DNA from: an uncultured Phycisphaerales bacterium
Lineage (GTDB): Bacteria > Planctomycetota > Phycisphaerae > Sedimentisphaerales > Anaerobacaceae
Direction of reading: 5' to 3'
Length of the DNA stretch: 64,000 nucleotides
Assembly (NCBI GenBank): GCA_963718665.1
Contig: OY970359.1
Span: 1,056,001-1,120,000 of the forward strand
Position 1 is the first letter of the stretch. Every line of letters begins with the position of its first letter. The notes beneath the pieces were generated by a model. It did not search any database. It had not been told where the DNA came from and saw only the letters and a list, made by a program, of their open reading frames with translations. The position numbers were made by a program, and so were the translations under genes. Below are positions 39,349 to 48,667 of this stretch, piece after piece.

Positions 39349-40308
39349 TTACCGACACCTTATAAGCTGGTTTTCGTTGAAACTCAAGTTAGGGATATGC
39401 GTTTTGATGTCTTCGATGAAACGCAGACCGTCCTGCCAGTAGCCCGCGGTCGGCTTTATCGCGGGATTAAAGCCGAGGAAATAATTATTGATGTTCTCGA
39501 CGAGGACCTCTCGCAGGTATTTGCACGCCATCGACGCAAGTGATACAGGCATAAATTTACCATCCGCTCCCACTACGAAATGAACGCGTATTTTCCGATT
39601 GTTTGTTCGCATTTCGTAGCTGCTTCTGTCCTGGTCTTCGTGAATAATACGCAGTTGCGATTCGCCGAACATCAGCTGCAATTGGCGCTGATAGTGACTT
39701 CGTCCGCCCTGCCGGTCGATAACGATATCGAGGTCGTCGCCTGCGAAATCGCGCATAGCCGACTGCATTAATTCCGCGACCGCGGTAAAAAGCACCTTCG
39801 CCTTGTTATCAACCGCACTTACCATACGATTGTAATGCGCGACTTCCAGGCATCGGCTCTTTAATCCCAATAATTCGATATGCTGATTGGCAAGGTCGGC
39901 TCGCAGCATTGAAACCGCGATACCAATGTCTCCATCGTCTCCGCCAAGCTGATAGTCGCCTGCTTTTTTATACCACGGGTACTCCGCGATATGCTCAAGG
40001 CAATCAGGGCAAAGCGAGGATATGAGTTCGGTGAGGTTCTTCGGTTCGCTGCCGAGGTGTTTCAGCATCGCCAATACGGTTCGCCTGAGATGTTTTATGC
40101 CGATGGTCCTTGTGAACGCCTTTTTGCTGTCAACAATGAGCAGTCGGCCTTTAAGCGAGGCGCGTTTATCGGATACGCTTGCCCGCAAAATTTCCCAGTG
40201 ATTCGCCCATATTATATTATCCGGTACGCGGAATGCGCTCGACGAGACCACCAGAGGCCCCAGAATCGGCCCGAAACCCGCCTCGTCTATCCCCACCAGT
40301 ATCGCCAT
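39349..40308 (-). CDS. Ribonuclease HII-like protein
   Basis: GIDEAGFGP.LGPLVV, DSKK, DRQGGR and VSLASM..KY.RE motifs. Confidence 0.8.
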   Translation of the reverse strand: MAILVGIDEAGFGPILGPLVVSSSAFRVPDNIIWANHWEILRASVSDKRASLKGRLLIVDSKKAFTRTIGIKHLRRTVLAMLKHLGSEPKNLTELISSLCPDCLEHIAEYPWYKKAGDYQLGGDDGDIGIAVSMLRADLANQHIELLGLKSRCLEVAHYNRMVSAVDNKAKVLFTAVAELMQSAMRDFAGDDLDIVIDRQGGRSHYQRQLQLMFGESQLRIIHEDQDRSSYEMRTNNRKIRVHFVVGADGKFMPVSLASMACKYLREVLVENINNYFLGFNPAIKPTAGYWQDGLRFIEDIKTHIPNLSFNENQLIRCR

Positions 40309-40329
40309 CCGTGACTCCCCCCTGCTCCG

Positions 40330-41067
40330 CTAAAGCGTTTCGTGCCTTATGATTGCACGGTAAATGCCGTTGACTCGTTTGCCATCAACCATCGCGGGTG
40401 GATACTTTTCATTCCTCGGCTGCAATCTTACCGTGTCGCTGGTCTCGAAGAATACCCGCTTAAAAGTCGTTTCGTGAGGTGTTGAGAACCGCACGAAGCA
40501 ATCGTCGCCGTTTCGCACCTCAGCGGCGGGCGAAAATACTATGATGTCACCCTCTTTGAATTTCGGCTCCATCGAATCGCCCACAACCCGCACCGCGAAC
40601 GCGTTGGGGTCGTGAACGTCCGGGCAGCGAATGTAATCGTCCGCGACGCCGACCGGGTAATCGAGGTCGTTAAAATCGGTCGGATATCCCGCGGCGACCT
40701 TGTTGATAATAGGGACAAGCCGACCGGGCGAAAGCGATGGTTTGCTGGCAATCGCTTCCTGTGAGCCGTCCTTTTTCTTGTCTTTGTTGAGATGACGCCA
40801 TTTTTCGTTTTCCGCCTCGACGGTCTCGACCCTCTCCCGAACGTCAGCGGGCATCCGTTCTATGTGCGCAAGATACAAAAGCGTTCCCGGCTCGAATCTC
40901 AGGACTTTCTCTAATTTTTGCAGAAGCTCATCGCTCGGCGGGTTGCTCACCTTGCCCGTCTCTATCGTCGAAAGATACGGCTTCGAAAATCCTATCCGGC
41001 TGCCCACCTCATCGAGCGTCAACCCCAGTTCTTCGCGTTTGCTTCTGATTATTTCGCCGAGTGACAT
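40330..41067 (-). CDS. XRE-family HTH regulator with S24 (LexA-like) peptidase domain
   Basis: HTH (YLSTIETG), VAAG cleavage site, GDSMEP and TFKR motifs. Confidence 0.92.
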   Translation of the reverse strand: MSLGEIIRSKREELGLTLDEVGSRIGFSKPYLSTIETGKVSNPPSDELLQKLEKVLRFEPGTLLYLAHIERMPADVRERVETVEAENEKWRHLNKDKKKDGSQEAIASKPSLSPGRLVPIINKVAAGYPTDFNDLDYPVGVADDYIRCPDVHDPNAFAVRVVGDSMEPKFKEGDIIVFSPAAEVRNGDDCFVRFSTPHETTFKRVFFETSDTVRLQPRNEKYPPAMVDGKRVNGIYRAIIRHETL

Positions 41068-41299
41068 CGCGTTTCTCCTGTATATTTGTTTGCGCCTGTC
41101 GGAACCAAACCACTTTGCCATCTAAATACCAATGCGTATTATATGTCTGGCAAACAAATCCACAAGTTCATTTAAGCAAATAAACGACACAGAGGTTAGA
41201 AAGAAAAAAGGAGGTAGGCGTTATTTCGCAAATATCCTCAATATCTGTTCAAAAACAGCGATTTTACGAAAAATGGGGCGACTCAGGGCAGGCAAGTGT

Positions 41300-42007
41300 T
41301 CAGATCGTCTTGCCGGCATAGTCCTGTGCGCAGAACAACCTGCCGGTTGTCCCGTCGTCAATCAGGACGGGCACCAGCGCCCCGGGCAACACTGACTCGA
41401 CGGCATTCGGGGCTTGCGGGCCGCCCAAATCCGTGCGCAGCCAGCCGGGATCCATCAGGTTCATCAGCACGCCGGTATCTTTGAGATGGCCTGCGGTGTC
41501 GGCCACGAACTTGTCCACGGCCGCCTTGGAGATGGCGTAGGCAATCAACTCCGGCTGGTCCTTTATCCCAGAGGTGACGTTGATAATCCGTCCCCAGTGA
41601 CGCTGCACCATGCCTGGAATCAGGCAGTGGCAGATACGGATGAGCGAAATGACGTTCACCTCGAAACTTTTGCGGAAATCGGCGGCGGGGACGTTCTGCC
41701 AGTCGTTGTGGTATGGCGTCATTACTGCGGCGTTGTTATAAACGATGTCGATGCCCGGGCCGGTACCCAGGACGCTTGTCAACATCGCGTCCACCTGGTT
41801 CTGGTCAGACAACTCGCCCGCGACCTGGCGTACCTGCACGCCCCTGGCGGTCAGCTCAGCGGCCAGAGATTTCGTATGGGCAGCGTCACGGCTGTGGAGC
41901 ACCAGGTTACAGCCATATTGGGACAACCCCAGGCAGACCTGCCTGCCTATGCCCCGACTTGCACCGGTTACCAAAGCCCACTTTCCGCAGATATCAGCTT
42001 TCTTCAT
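41300..42007 (-). CDS. SDR family oxidoreductase
   Basis: TGASRGIG, NNAA, YAISK and DPGWLRTDLG motifs. Confidence 0.93.
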   Translation of the reverse strand: MKKADICGKWALVTGASRGIGRQVCLGLSQYGCNLVLHSRDAAHTKSLAAELTARGVQVRQVAGELSDQNQVDAMLTSVLGTGPGIDIVYNNAAVMTPYHNDWQNVPAADFRKSFEVNVISLIRICHCLIPGMVQRHWGRIINVTSGIKDQPELIAYAISKAAVDKFVADTAGHLKDTGVLMNLMDPGWLRTDLGGPQAPNAVESVLPGALVPVLIDDGTTGRLFCAQDYAGKTI

Positions 42008-42343
42008 CGATTGACCCCTTTCTATGAATCCAATACTTACCAGGCCGCCACCAGCCAAGCGACCCCTTCGACAAGCTCAGGGCAGATAAACTCACCAGAA
42101 CCCAAAGGCGATCATCGTAACTTTTTGCAGGTAGTAGTCAAGGCATTCCAGACGCCCCCCGCCGTTTTTCAAAGCAAAACGAAACGCGGGGGCAAGCAGG
42201 CGATTGAATCTCCGAGCATCTTGCGGCAGAGAGAGCTTATATGTTATATTGTCATTTATGGAAAAGCATATCCATAGCAGCCGAACAATATGGGCCGCGT
42301 GAGATATTATTGTCCGATTGTTTTTGAAAGGACATGTTGAAAA

Positions 42344-42958
42344 ATGAAACAATTGTTACTGGTCCTGTTGGTGCTTGGGGTGTCTATGCCGGCCAGCGCC
42401 GACGTGCATGTCTATAACATGAAGGCGAGCAACGCGGAATACAAATATAATTCAGATTCATCAGATTCAAATGCCTGGGGGCAGATTAAAGATACCAATA
42501 CCGCGTTTGTTATCTTCGAGCTGCCAGGCGGCGGTTCAACCAACGTCTGGGCCGTTTATACCTATAAAGCTAAGGACCCAAACGGCAAAATGCAAAATTA
42601 TTGCAAGGGTGAAAACCGGGGCATATTAGGTTTTGAGCATGCGTCGTTAAGCCCAACAAAGGCAAAGTGGGTCATATCAGAGGCAGCCAATGGACGCCGT
42701 ATTATTCTGACCGGCGATGTAAACACGGCAAACATCCGCAGCTACAAAAGTTCCTGCAATTCCTGTCATGACCCGTCAAAAGGCACCCCTACATTTGACA
42801 TTACATCCTCCTTCGCCGGTTATTCGATAAAGAACAGAACCGACGCCAACCACACTGCGTTGTCCCTGAATGTGTACGTCGTCAGCCCAAATGAGACAGT
42901 AAAGATGCCTGTTTTGGTTGACGTTTCCGGCATCCGGTTTCTGATGCCTTTGAATTAA
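42344..42958 (+). CDS. Secreted hypothetical protein with one CxxCH motif (paralog of 25220-25849)
   Basis: Signal peptide; VYN.K.S..E..YNSD...AW.Q shared with the paralog; SCNSCHD. Confidence 0.7.
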   Translation: MKQLLLVLLVLGVSMPASADVHVYNMKASNAEYKYNSDSSDSNAWGQIKDTNTAFVIFELPGGGSTNVWAVYTYKAKDPNGKMQNYCKGENRGILGFEHASLSPTKAKWVISEAANGRRIILTGDVNTANIRSYKSSCNSCHDPSKGTPTFDITSSFAGYSIKNRTDANHTALSLNVYVVSPNETVKMPVLVDVSGIRFLMPLN

Positions 42959-43041
42959 ACTCTTTTCTGTTTTTAATAATTTTCGCTTTTAGATTTGCTT
43001 TGCGTTTTATTGTTTCATCCGCCTTTTTCTCACAATCGCCT

Positions 43042-43683
43042 TCAGCGCCTGGTGTCGCCGGCGCGGTCGTCGAAGGCGATGTCATCAATGAAGAAACTTC
43101 CGTCCGTCCCTTCCCCGGCCATAAAACCCATTTGCGGCTCGCACATTATCCTCGGGTTGAAGCCCTTCGCGGGTTTGAGGGCCGCCAGCGGAATCACCAC
43201 TTCGTGCCACTCGCCGTCGAGCATCTGGGGACAGTACCTGAGGACCTGCACTTTTGCGGTGTGTTCTTCGGGAGTGTCAAGAACCTCGCCGTTGCACAGC
43301 AGGTTGATTTGGAGTGGGCCGCCCTTGCCTTTGGTCTTTATCCGGAAGGTCAGGTTCTTCATGGCGCTGGCGTCCGTGCCGACGTTGCCTGTTTTGAAGG
43401 CGAGCCAGTTCCAGCCCGCGCCAAGCCATTCCTTGCTGCCTTTAAACTTGAACTCCAGCGCGGTATTACCGCTGTGGGCCTCAACGGTCTGCGGCTTAAT
43501 CGTCGCAGTGGTGGAATTTGTCCAGCCGGCACCCTTGCTCGCTTGTTCCCCATCCCACACCACAACCCGCTTCACAGCCGGCGCGGCTTCGACCTTACCC
43601 CGTGATATATTCGCAGAACCGGTTGACCGACAACCCGCACCAAGTATAGCTATCCCAAATCCGATAATCAAAAATCTCATCAT
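43042..43683 (-). CDS. Lipoprotein with a carbohydrate-binding (jelly-roll-like) domain
   Basis: Lipobox GAGC; AHSG..AL, W.G.GW, W.EVVIPL and FFIDDI.F motifs. Confidence 0.7.
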   Translation of the reverse strand: MMRFLIIGFGIAILGAGCRSTGSANISRGKVEAAPAVKRVVVWDGEQASKGAGWTNSTTATIKPQTVEAHSGNTALEFKFKGSKEWLGAGWNWLAFKTGNVGTDASAMKNLTFRIKTKGKGGPLQINLLCNGEVLDTPEEHTAKVQVLRYCPQMLDGEWHEVVIPLAALKPAKGFNPRIMCEPQMGFMAGEGTDGSFFIDDIAFDDRAGDTRR

Positions 43684-43777
43684 AAAAATCTCTAGGCGAA
43701 AAGATTTAGCTAAAACAACTATAAATCCTCACGTTCCAAACGTAAAACTTATTAAGGAACGTCCTCTTCGGCGGAAA

Positions 43778-43873
43778 TAAAAAGGGGCTGCCAGCCCACA
43801 CCCAAAGCCGACAGCCCGGACGAGTATCACCCGTCCTCCACTTATATATACGTGTACCCCTAAATTACGTGCT
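43778..43873 (-). ncRNA. Candidate small RNA, copy C
   Basis: AGCACGTAATT-N8-CACGTATA, then GGACGGG/CTCGTCC and GGGCTGTCGGC/GCTGGCAGCCC + T run. Confidence 0.6.
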
Positions 43874-44017
43874 AATGAAAATAAAAAGGCAGTTTTGCCT
43901 GTCTCGATGACAGTAAAGACCCCAGACGCAAGACCAAAGACAGGAGACCCCGCTTCGCTAAAGCTCCGCCGCACTGTGTGCTATGTAGGGCAGGAGCTAC
44001 GCAGGGCAGGCGAAATA

Positions 44018-45094
44018 CTAACTGATTTCAATAAGCTCGTATTTCCTGCTTCCGAGGCCGATTTTTTCGGCGTGCTCAATTTGCCATTTGCCGTTGAGGT
44101 TGGGGTATTTGGATATTTTGTCTAACGGTTTGCCTGCGGATTTTTCCATCAAATCAATCGCCGCGGCGTCAACAGCGACAGGGTCGGTCGAGCCGAGTAT
44201 GCCGATATCCTTGACGATATTGTGGTCGGGGTTGCCCATACAATCGCAGTCGCTTGTAATCGAAATCGCGAAGTTTATAAACGCCGCTCGTCCGTCTTTG
44301 CCCGCGAGCACTCCCTTTGCGTGTTCAGCAATGTTGCATTCGAGAACTTTAATATCCTTGTCCCAGTCGTGCTGAACCGCTCCGAATCTGCATACGGCCA
44401 AACACTCCGCGCAGCCGACGCATTTGTCCTTGTTGATGTGCGCCTTGAGGTCTTCCATATTAATAGCGACCTCCGGGCAGTGGCGGTAACATTCGCCGCA
44501 GCCGGTGCATTTGCTCATATCGACGCTGGGCTTGAACGCCGCGTGCTGGCGCATCTTGCCTTTCCTGCTTGCGCATCCCATTCCGAGCGTCTTTAACGTT
44601 GCCGCGAAGCATGTCCCTATGTGTCCCGTAACGTGCGACACCGCCAGAATCGACTGCACTCTCGCGATATCATAAGCAATTGAAACCTCCTTATTGAGTT
44701 CGCCATCGATTTTGACGACTGTCTCGCTCGTCCCGAAGATGCCGTCGGGCGGGATAAACGGTATGCCGAGTCCGCTCATATCGAACCCGTGCTCGTGCGC
44801 CACTACCACGTGGTCGATTGCGTTGTGTCGTTTGCCAAGATACAGCGTGCTTGTGTCAGTCAGGAATGGTTTGGTCTTGATTTTAATCAGTTCGTCAACA
44901 AGCCCTTTGAGGCAGGGAGCTTTGATGTAGGTTTTGTTTCCTTTTTCTCCGACGTGAATTTTTACCGCGGTAAAATCGGTTGGCTTGAAGCATTTTGCGA
45001 AGCCCGCTTCTTTGAAGAGGCGAGCTGCCTTAGCGGAGATAATTTTTTCGCCGTCTTCAATAGCCGACTTGATAAAATATACCTTTGGAATCAT
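44018..45094 (-). CDS. DUF362 domain Fe-S protein with two 4Fe-4S ferredoxin motifs
   Basis: KIHVGE, LGMGCASRKGK..QH, two CxxCxxCxxxC motifs, CDC, DPVAVD. Confidence 0.92.
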   Translation of the reverse strand: MIPKVYFIKSAIEDGEKIISAKAARLFKEAGFAKCFKPTDFTAVKIHVGEKGNKTYIKAPCLKGLVDELIKIKTKPFLTDTSTLYLGKRHNAIDHVVVAHEHGFDMSGLGIPFIPPDGIFGTSETVVKIDGELNKEVSIAYDIARVQSILAVSHVTGHIGTCFAATLKTLGMGCASRKGKMRQHAAFKPSVDMSKCTGCGECYRHCPEVAINMEDLKAHINKDKCVGCAECLAVCRFGAVQHDWDKDIKVLECNIAEHAKGVLAGKDGRAAFINFAISITSDCDCMGNPDHNIVKDIGILGSTDPVAVDAAAIDLMEKSAGKPLDKISKYPNLNGKWQIEHAEKIGLGSRKYELIEIS

Positions 45095-45106
45095 TAGATA
45101 GCCCCC

Positions 45107-45868
45107 TTATTTACCTGTGAAGATGATGATGCCTACGAGCAGCAGTATTACGATTACGCAGACGCCTATCGCCGTGTAGAACACCCACATAAACTGCCTG
45201 GTCTGCCGGGCCACGATGTATTTGAGATACCTGTCGCTTGCCGCGAATGTTCTGCTCATTTGTGCTATGCCGCTGGTGTGGTCTTTGGTGCTCTGGTTGA
45301 GCTTTGCGAGCGTTTCGTTGAACTTGCCGAACGTTTCGGTCATCTGTATATCAACATCCGCCGCCGCCGCCAGTTGCCTGTCGATTGCCAGCAGAGCATC
45401 GGTTTGCTTTGCGCTTTCCACGGGAATCTTTTCTATCGCCGAAAGAAGCTGCTGGTCTTTGAGGATATTCGCCTTGAGCTGTAAAACGAGCTGCTCGGTG
45501 AGCGCCTTCTGGTTTTCAACGACAGCCGGGAAGTTTTCGAGCAGTTTTGGGAACTGTTCGATGCGTGCGATGAGGTTTTCGTGCTGTGAGACCTGTTTGT
45601 TGAGGTGGTCGTTTATGTCCTTAATCTGGTCGATGAGCGTTTCGAAGCCGGCCTGGAATTTTTCCATTTCGGGTTTGCCCCGCACGGCCACTGTTTGTAA
45701 CGGACTCCCATTCGCGGACGGGGTCTGGTTGTGAATTATCAGCCCGTCGTCGCTTAACGTCGGCTGGTCAAAGTCGTCGTGCGAGGAGGGAAACTGTTTT
45801 CGCAGCCAATTCTGAAATCGCGTTAGTAACGCCCGAAGTTCCATCCGTCTATAATCCTTTTCAGCCAC
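45107..45868 (-). CDS. Coiled-coil protein with C-terminal membrane anchor
   Basis: Heptad-rich body and terminal hydrophobic helix; no recognisable family. Confidence 0.75.
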   Translation of the reverse strand: MAEKDYRRMELRALLTRFQNWLRKQFPSSHDDFDQPTLSDDGLIIHNQTPSANGSPLQTVAVRGKPEMEKFQAGFETLIDQIKDINDHLNKQVSQHENLIARIEQFPKLLENFPAVVENQKALTEQLVLQLKANILKDQQLLSAIEKIPVESAKQTDALLAIDRQLAAAADVDIQMTETFGKFNETLAKLNQSTKDHTSGIAQMSRTFAASDRYLKYIVARQTRQFMWVFYTAIGVCVIVILLLVGIIIFTGK

Positions 45869-46143
45869 AAAGAAAATCAGAATATCAGGAAATCATGGCA
45901 TCAGGCCTAACGGCATTATAGTATAGCCAGATATCCCGGCAACCTGGTATCCTGTTCTGTGCTTTCTTGCGGTTTGATTATCGCACATCTCGCCGGTTTT
46001 GCCAAGAGCAAAACGCTGTCTGCTTTCAGGCGATTGGTTTGTAGAAATCGGCCGGTTTTTGGGAAAGCGTATTTTTCAAAACGCCGAGAGCTTCCACGCC
46101 GTTGTCCTTATACACCGCCAATTTCATTTAGCGAATTCCGTGG

Positions 46144-47448
46144 CTACTTATCGATGGGCAGTTTGACGCCGCCCTGCGGTGTTCGCTCGACGTTGCTTTT
46201 CATTCCTTCCGGCTCACCTGCGGGAAGCGATTTTGTTCTGCAAATCAGTCCCCGTGCAAGCTGCGACGCATCGCCCGATACCACTGAGCAATAAGACAGA
46301 ACAGGCGCGACCTTGTCGATGCGAATAGTCGCGACGAGTATTTCCGTTGAGCCGATTATCTCATTGGTGTCGGCGTCGGCAATCTGCTTATCAGCTTTGA
46401 ATACGTCGAGTAATGTCCCCGTAACGAGCCGGTCACCTCCCTGGTCGATGATAATTTTGCCATCGGCTTCGATTGACGCGATACGAGGCGGGTATAGCTG
46501 GTTGCTCATTTTATTAACGACCTCGGCTGCTGCTTTGGCGACGAGATTATCAACAAGCTCTCTGTAATCGAGGTCTGGCGGCTCCCATTTTGTAACAAGC
46601 TGCTTGACCTCGTCGGTTTCGAGCCGCAGCCGGACTGAATCCGAGAACTTAACCTGCCTCGACGACGCAACAATAACGCTGTAATCGAAAGCGAAATCCG
46701 CGCGGTATTCCTTAAAGTTGACACCGGGGGCGGCTTCGTTGCTCGTGTGCCTGATCCACAGCTTCGCTTCGGTAATTGTCCCCACGAGCATATAATCGGC
46801 ACCGAGGGCCTGCCCGATTCTTGCCTGCTCTTCGATTGGCGCGGTAAGGAAAAGAACACCCTGTTCATTCAGATATTCCTGGATATGCTGCCTGTCCAGG
46901 ACGGCGAATTTATTTGTCTGCGTCAGCAGTGTGGTGATTCTCTGTGCGAGCTTGTCGGCAAGCTGCTCGCCGGGCACAGTTAATTCGATAAAGGAATAAA
47001 ACCGTTCTTCGGGCCTTAGCGGCATAACCGCAAATCGAGTCCTCGATGTTTTATCGGCAACACGGTTATATACCCATACCGTGAGCGTAACCTGGTATGT
47101 GCCGTCGTCAAGCTTCTTCTCGCCGATTATCTCGTATGTCTTCACTAATCCCGCGATATCGGTTGTCTGCAAAGTGCCGCTCGTCTGAACCGACACCGCG
47201 TCGAAGCCGACTGTTTTCCCGGTGTTCGTGCGGTTGATGTCTGCCGATGCCGAGCGGTAGCCGAATGAGTAATCGCCCGAACCGACTTTGATGCCTTTGA
47301 CCTGTGCGACCGCCTGGAAAAGTCCGTTCCTTATAGCGTCATCTTTCGACGGCCCTTGTCCCTGAACCTCCTTGACTATCGTGTCCTCAGCAAAGGCGAG
47401 TGAGCAGAAGACAACCGTTATTGCGATAAAAGCGCAAATCGTTTTCAT
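46144..47448 (-). CDS. CsgG/HfaB family protein
   Basis: Signal peptide; LTQTNKFAVLDR...E, GADY...GTI; FlgT-like C-terminal beta domain. Confidence 0.75.
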   Translation of the reverse strand: MKTICAFIAITVVFCSLAFAEDTIVKEVQGQGPSKDDAIRNGLFQAVAQVKGIKVGSGDYSFGYRSASADINRTNTGKTVGFDAVSVQTSGTLQTTDIAGLVKTYEIIGEKKLDDGTYQVTLTVWVYNRVADKTSRTRFAVMPLRPEERFYSFIELTVPGEQLADKLAQRITTLLTQTNKFAVLDRQHIQEYLNEQGVLFLTAPIEEQARIGQALGADYMLVGTITEAKLWIRHTSNEAAPGVNFKEYRADFAFDYSVIVASSRQVKFSDSVRLRLETDEVKQLVTKWEPPDLDYRELVDNLVAKAAAEVVNKMSNQLYPPRIASIEADGKIIIDQGGDRLVTGTLLDVFKADKQIADADTNEIIGSTEILVATIRIDKVAPVLSYCSVVSGDASQLARGLICRTKSLPAGEPEGMKSNVERTPQGGVKLPIDK

Positions 47449-47568
47449 TTTTGAACTCCCTAAAAAAATCAACAACCTCACAATGACAGTTGAGCAGTTG
47501 ACCGCAGTTTCGCATTTTCACCTGCTCTACTGTTCAAATACTCAACTGCTCTGTCGGCCAAAAGCCGA

Positions 47569-48195
47569 CTACCACGGGACTTTTTTGCTGTCGCCGCGTT
47601 TCCCGAGAACGATTTCGTTTTGCCAGAAAACCAGACCATTGGTCAGATTGTTCATCTGGAGCTGGAAATAATACTCGACCTGCTGTTTATCGTTGTCATA
47701 GCGACCGTTTCTCTGGATGATTTTGCCGGAGATGCTTAGTTCCGGCGCGATAAGCTGGCCTTTTGCCTGCACAGTATCCTTGTTGAACTCATCGGCCTTG
47801 TCCGAGTCGCGAGTCAGTTCCCTGCTGCTATAGACCAGGCTGTCTTTTGGCGCGTTGCCTGCACCGACGGCTGCGGTCATAACAATCAGTCCGGACCTTG
47901 TCATCTCCTGCTCAACTTTGGCCATAAGCTGGTCGGTATCGATGTGCTGCATAGTGTCGTTGACGATTCGGCCTTTGGCGACGACGTATCTTCCGCCGCC
48001 TTCTTTTTTGAATGTGCCCGACTCGACCATTGACTGCACCATTTCACTTGCTGCCCTGTCGAAGTCGCGGTAATCGAGCTGCATAACCGCTTTGCCCTGG
48101 TCGTTGATTGTGTCAACGTTTTCGGTCTGGGGTGAGCAACCGACAAATGTTACGGATGAAGCGAGTACCGCAAAAGCCAATATTTTTTTAATCAT
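47569..48195 (-). CDS. lpoB: LpoB-family lipoprotein
   Basis: Lipobox FVGC; D.RDF..AA..MV.SM, NDT.QHIDT, LSISGKI and Y.FQL motifs. Confidence 0.75.
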   Translation of the reverse strand: MIKKILAFAVLASSVTFVGCSPQTENVDTINDQGKAVMQLDYRDFDRAASEMVQSMVESGTFKKEGGGRYVVAKGRIVNDTMQHIDTDQLMAKVEQEMTRSGLIVMTAAVGAGNAPKDSLVYSSRELTRDSDKADEFNKDTVQAKGQLIAPELSISGKIIQRNGRYDNDKQQVEYYFQLQMNNLTNGLVFWQNEIVLGKRGDSKKVPW

Positions 48196-48209
48196 AGTCC
48201 TGTCTCCGG

Positions 48210-48644
48210 TTAATTAGGGATTTTTCGAGTGTTCATACGAAAATCAACAGCGGTTGTTCTCGGCGCAACGGCCTTAATAGCGAACGGCACTTTTGCCGCC
48301 GCGGAAGTTTGCAGCCACTTGCTGGTCGTGGTATCGATTACCATGCCGGTCTTGTCGAGCCACTCGACCTTGTATTCGAACACTATCGGGTTAAACGCCC
48401 GGTTGTGCCCCGCTATCTCGAGCTGCAGGAAGCCGTCTTTGTTGACGTAGGTAACGGCGCGGTCGATTTCAACGCCCTCGCCGATAATCCAGCTAAAGGC
48501 GTGAATCACCGGCTTGGTTACGATGTTGGTCACCACGTTGTCGCTTTTGACGTCTTCAGCCATCGTAACTCTTTTGTCTTCCTGCTGACAACCCCACAGG
48601 GTTACCGCGACGACAAGCAGCAACGTATTAAGCATCAATCTCAT
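48210..48644 (-). CDS. YcfL (DUF1425) family lipoprotein
   Basis: Lipobox LWGC; YKVEWLD..G and VAP...AVDFR motifs; adjacent to lpoB. Confidence 0.8.
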   Translation of the reverse strand: MRLMLNTLLLVVAVTLWGCQQEDKRVTMAEDVKSDNVVTNIVTKPVIHAFSWIIGEGVEIDRAVTYVNKDGFLQLEIAGHNRAFNPIVFEYKVEWLDKTGMVIDTTTSKWLQTSAAAKVPFAIKAVAPRTTAVDFRMNTRKIPN

Positions 48645-48667
48645 ATTTCACCTCCGAAAAAGAATTC

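Noticed and set aside
40330..41067. Prophage suggested by the CI/LexA-like repressor
   Set aside because: Flanked by housekeeping genes; no integrase, cro, replication or structural genes.
41414..42277. 287-aa plus-strand ORF
   Set aside because: Antisense shadow of the SDR gene.
42995..43780. 261-aa and 201-aa plus-strand ORFs
   Set aside because: Antisense shadows of the lipoprotein at 43042-43683.
45874..45962. ATCAG-type short repeats as a regulatory site
   Set aside because: Degenerate ~8-mer repeat arms like other genomic repeats; no specific operator can be supported.
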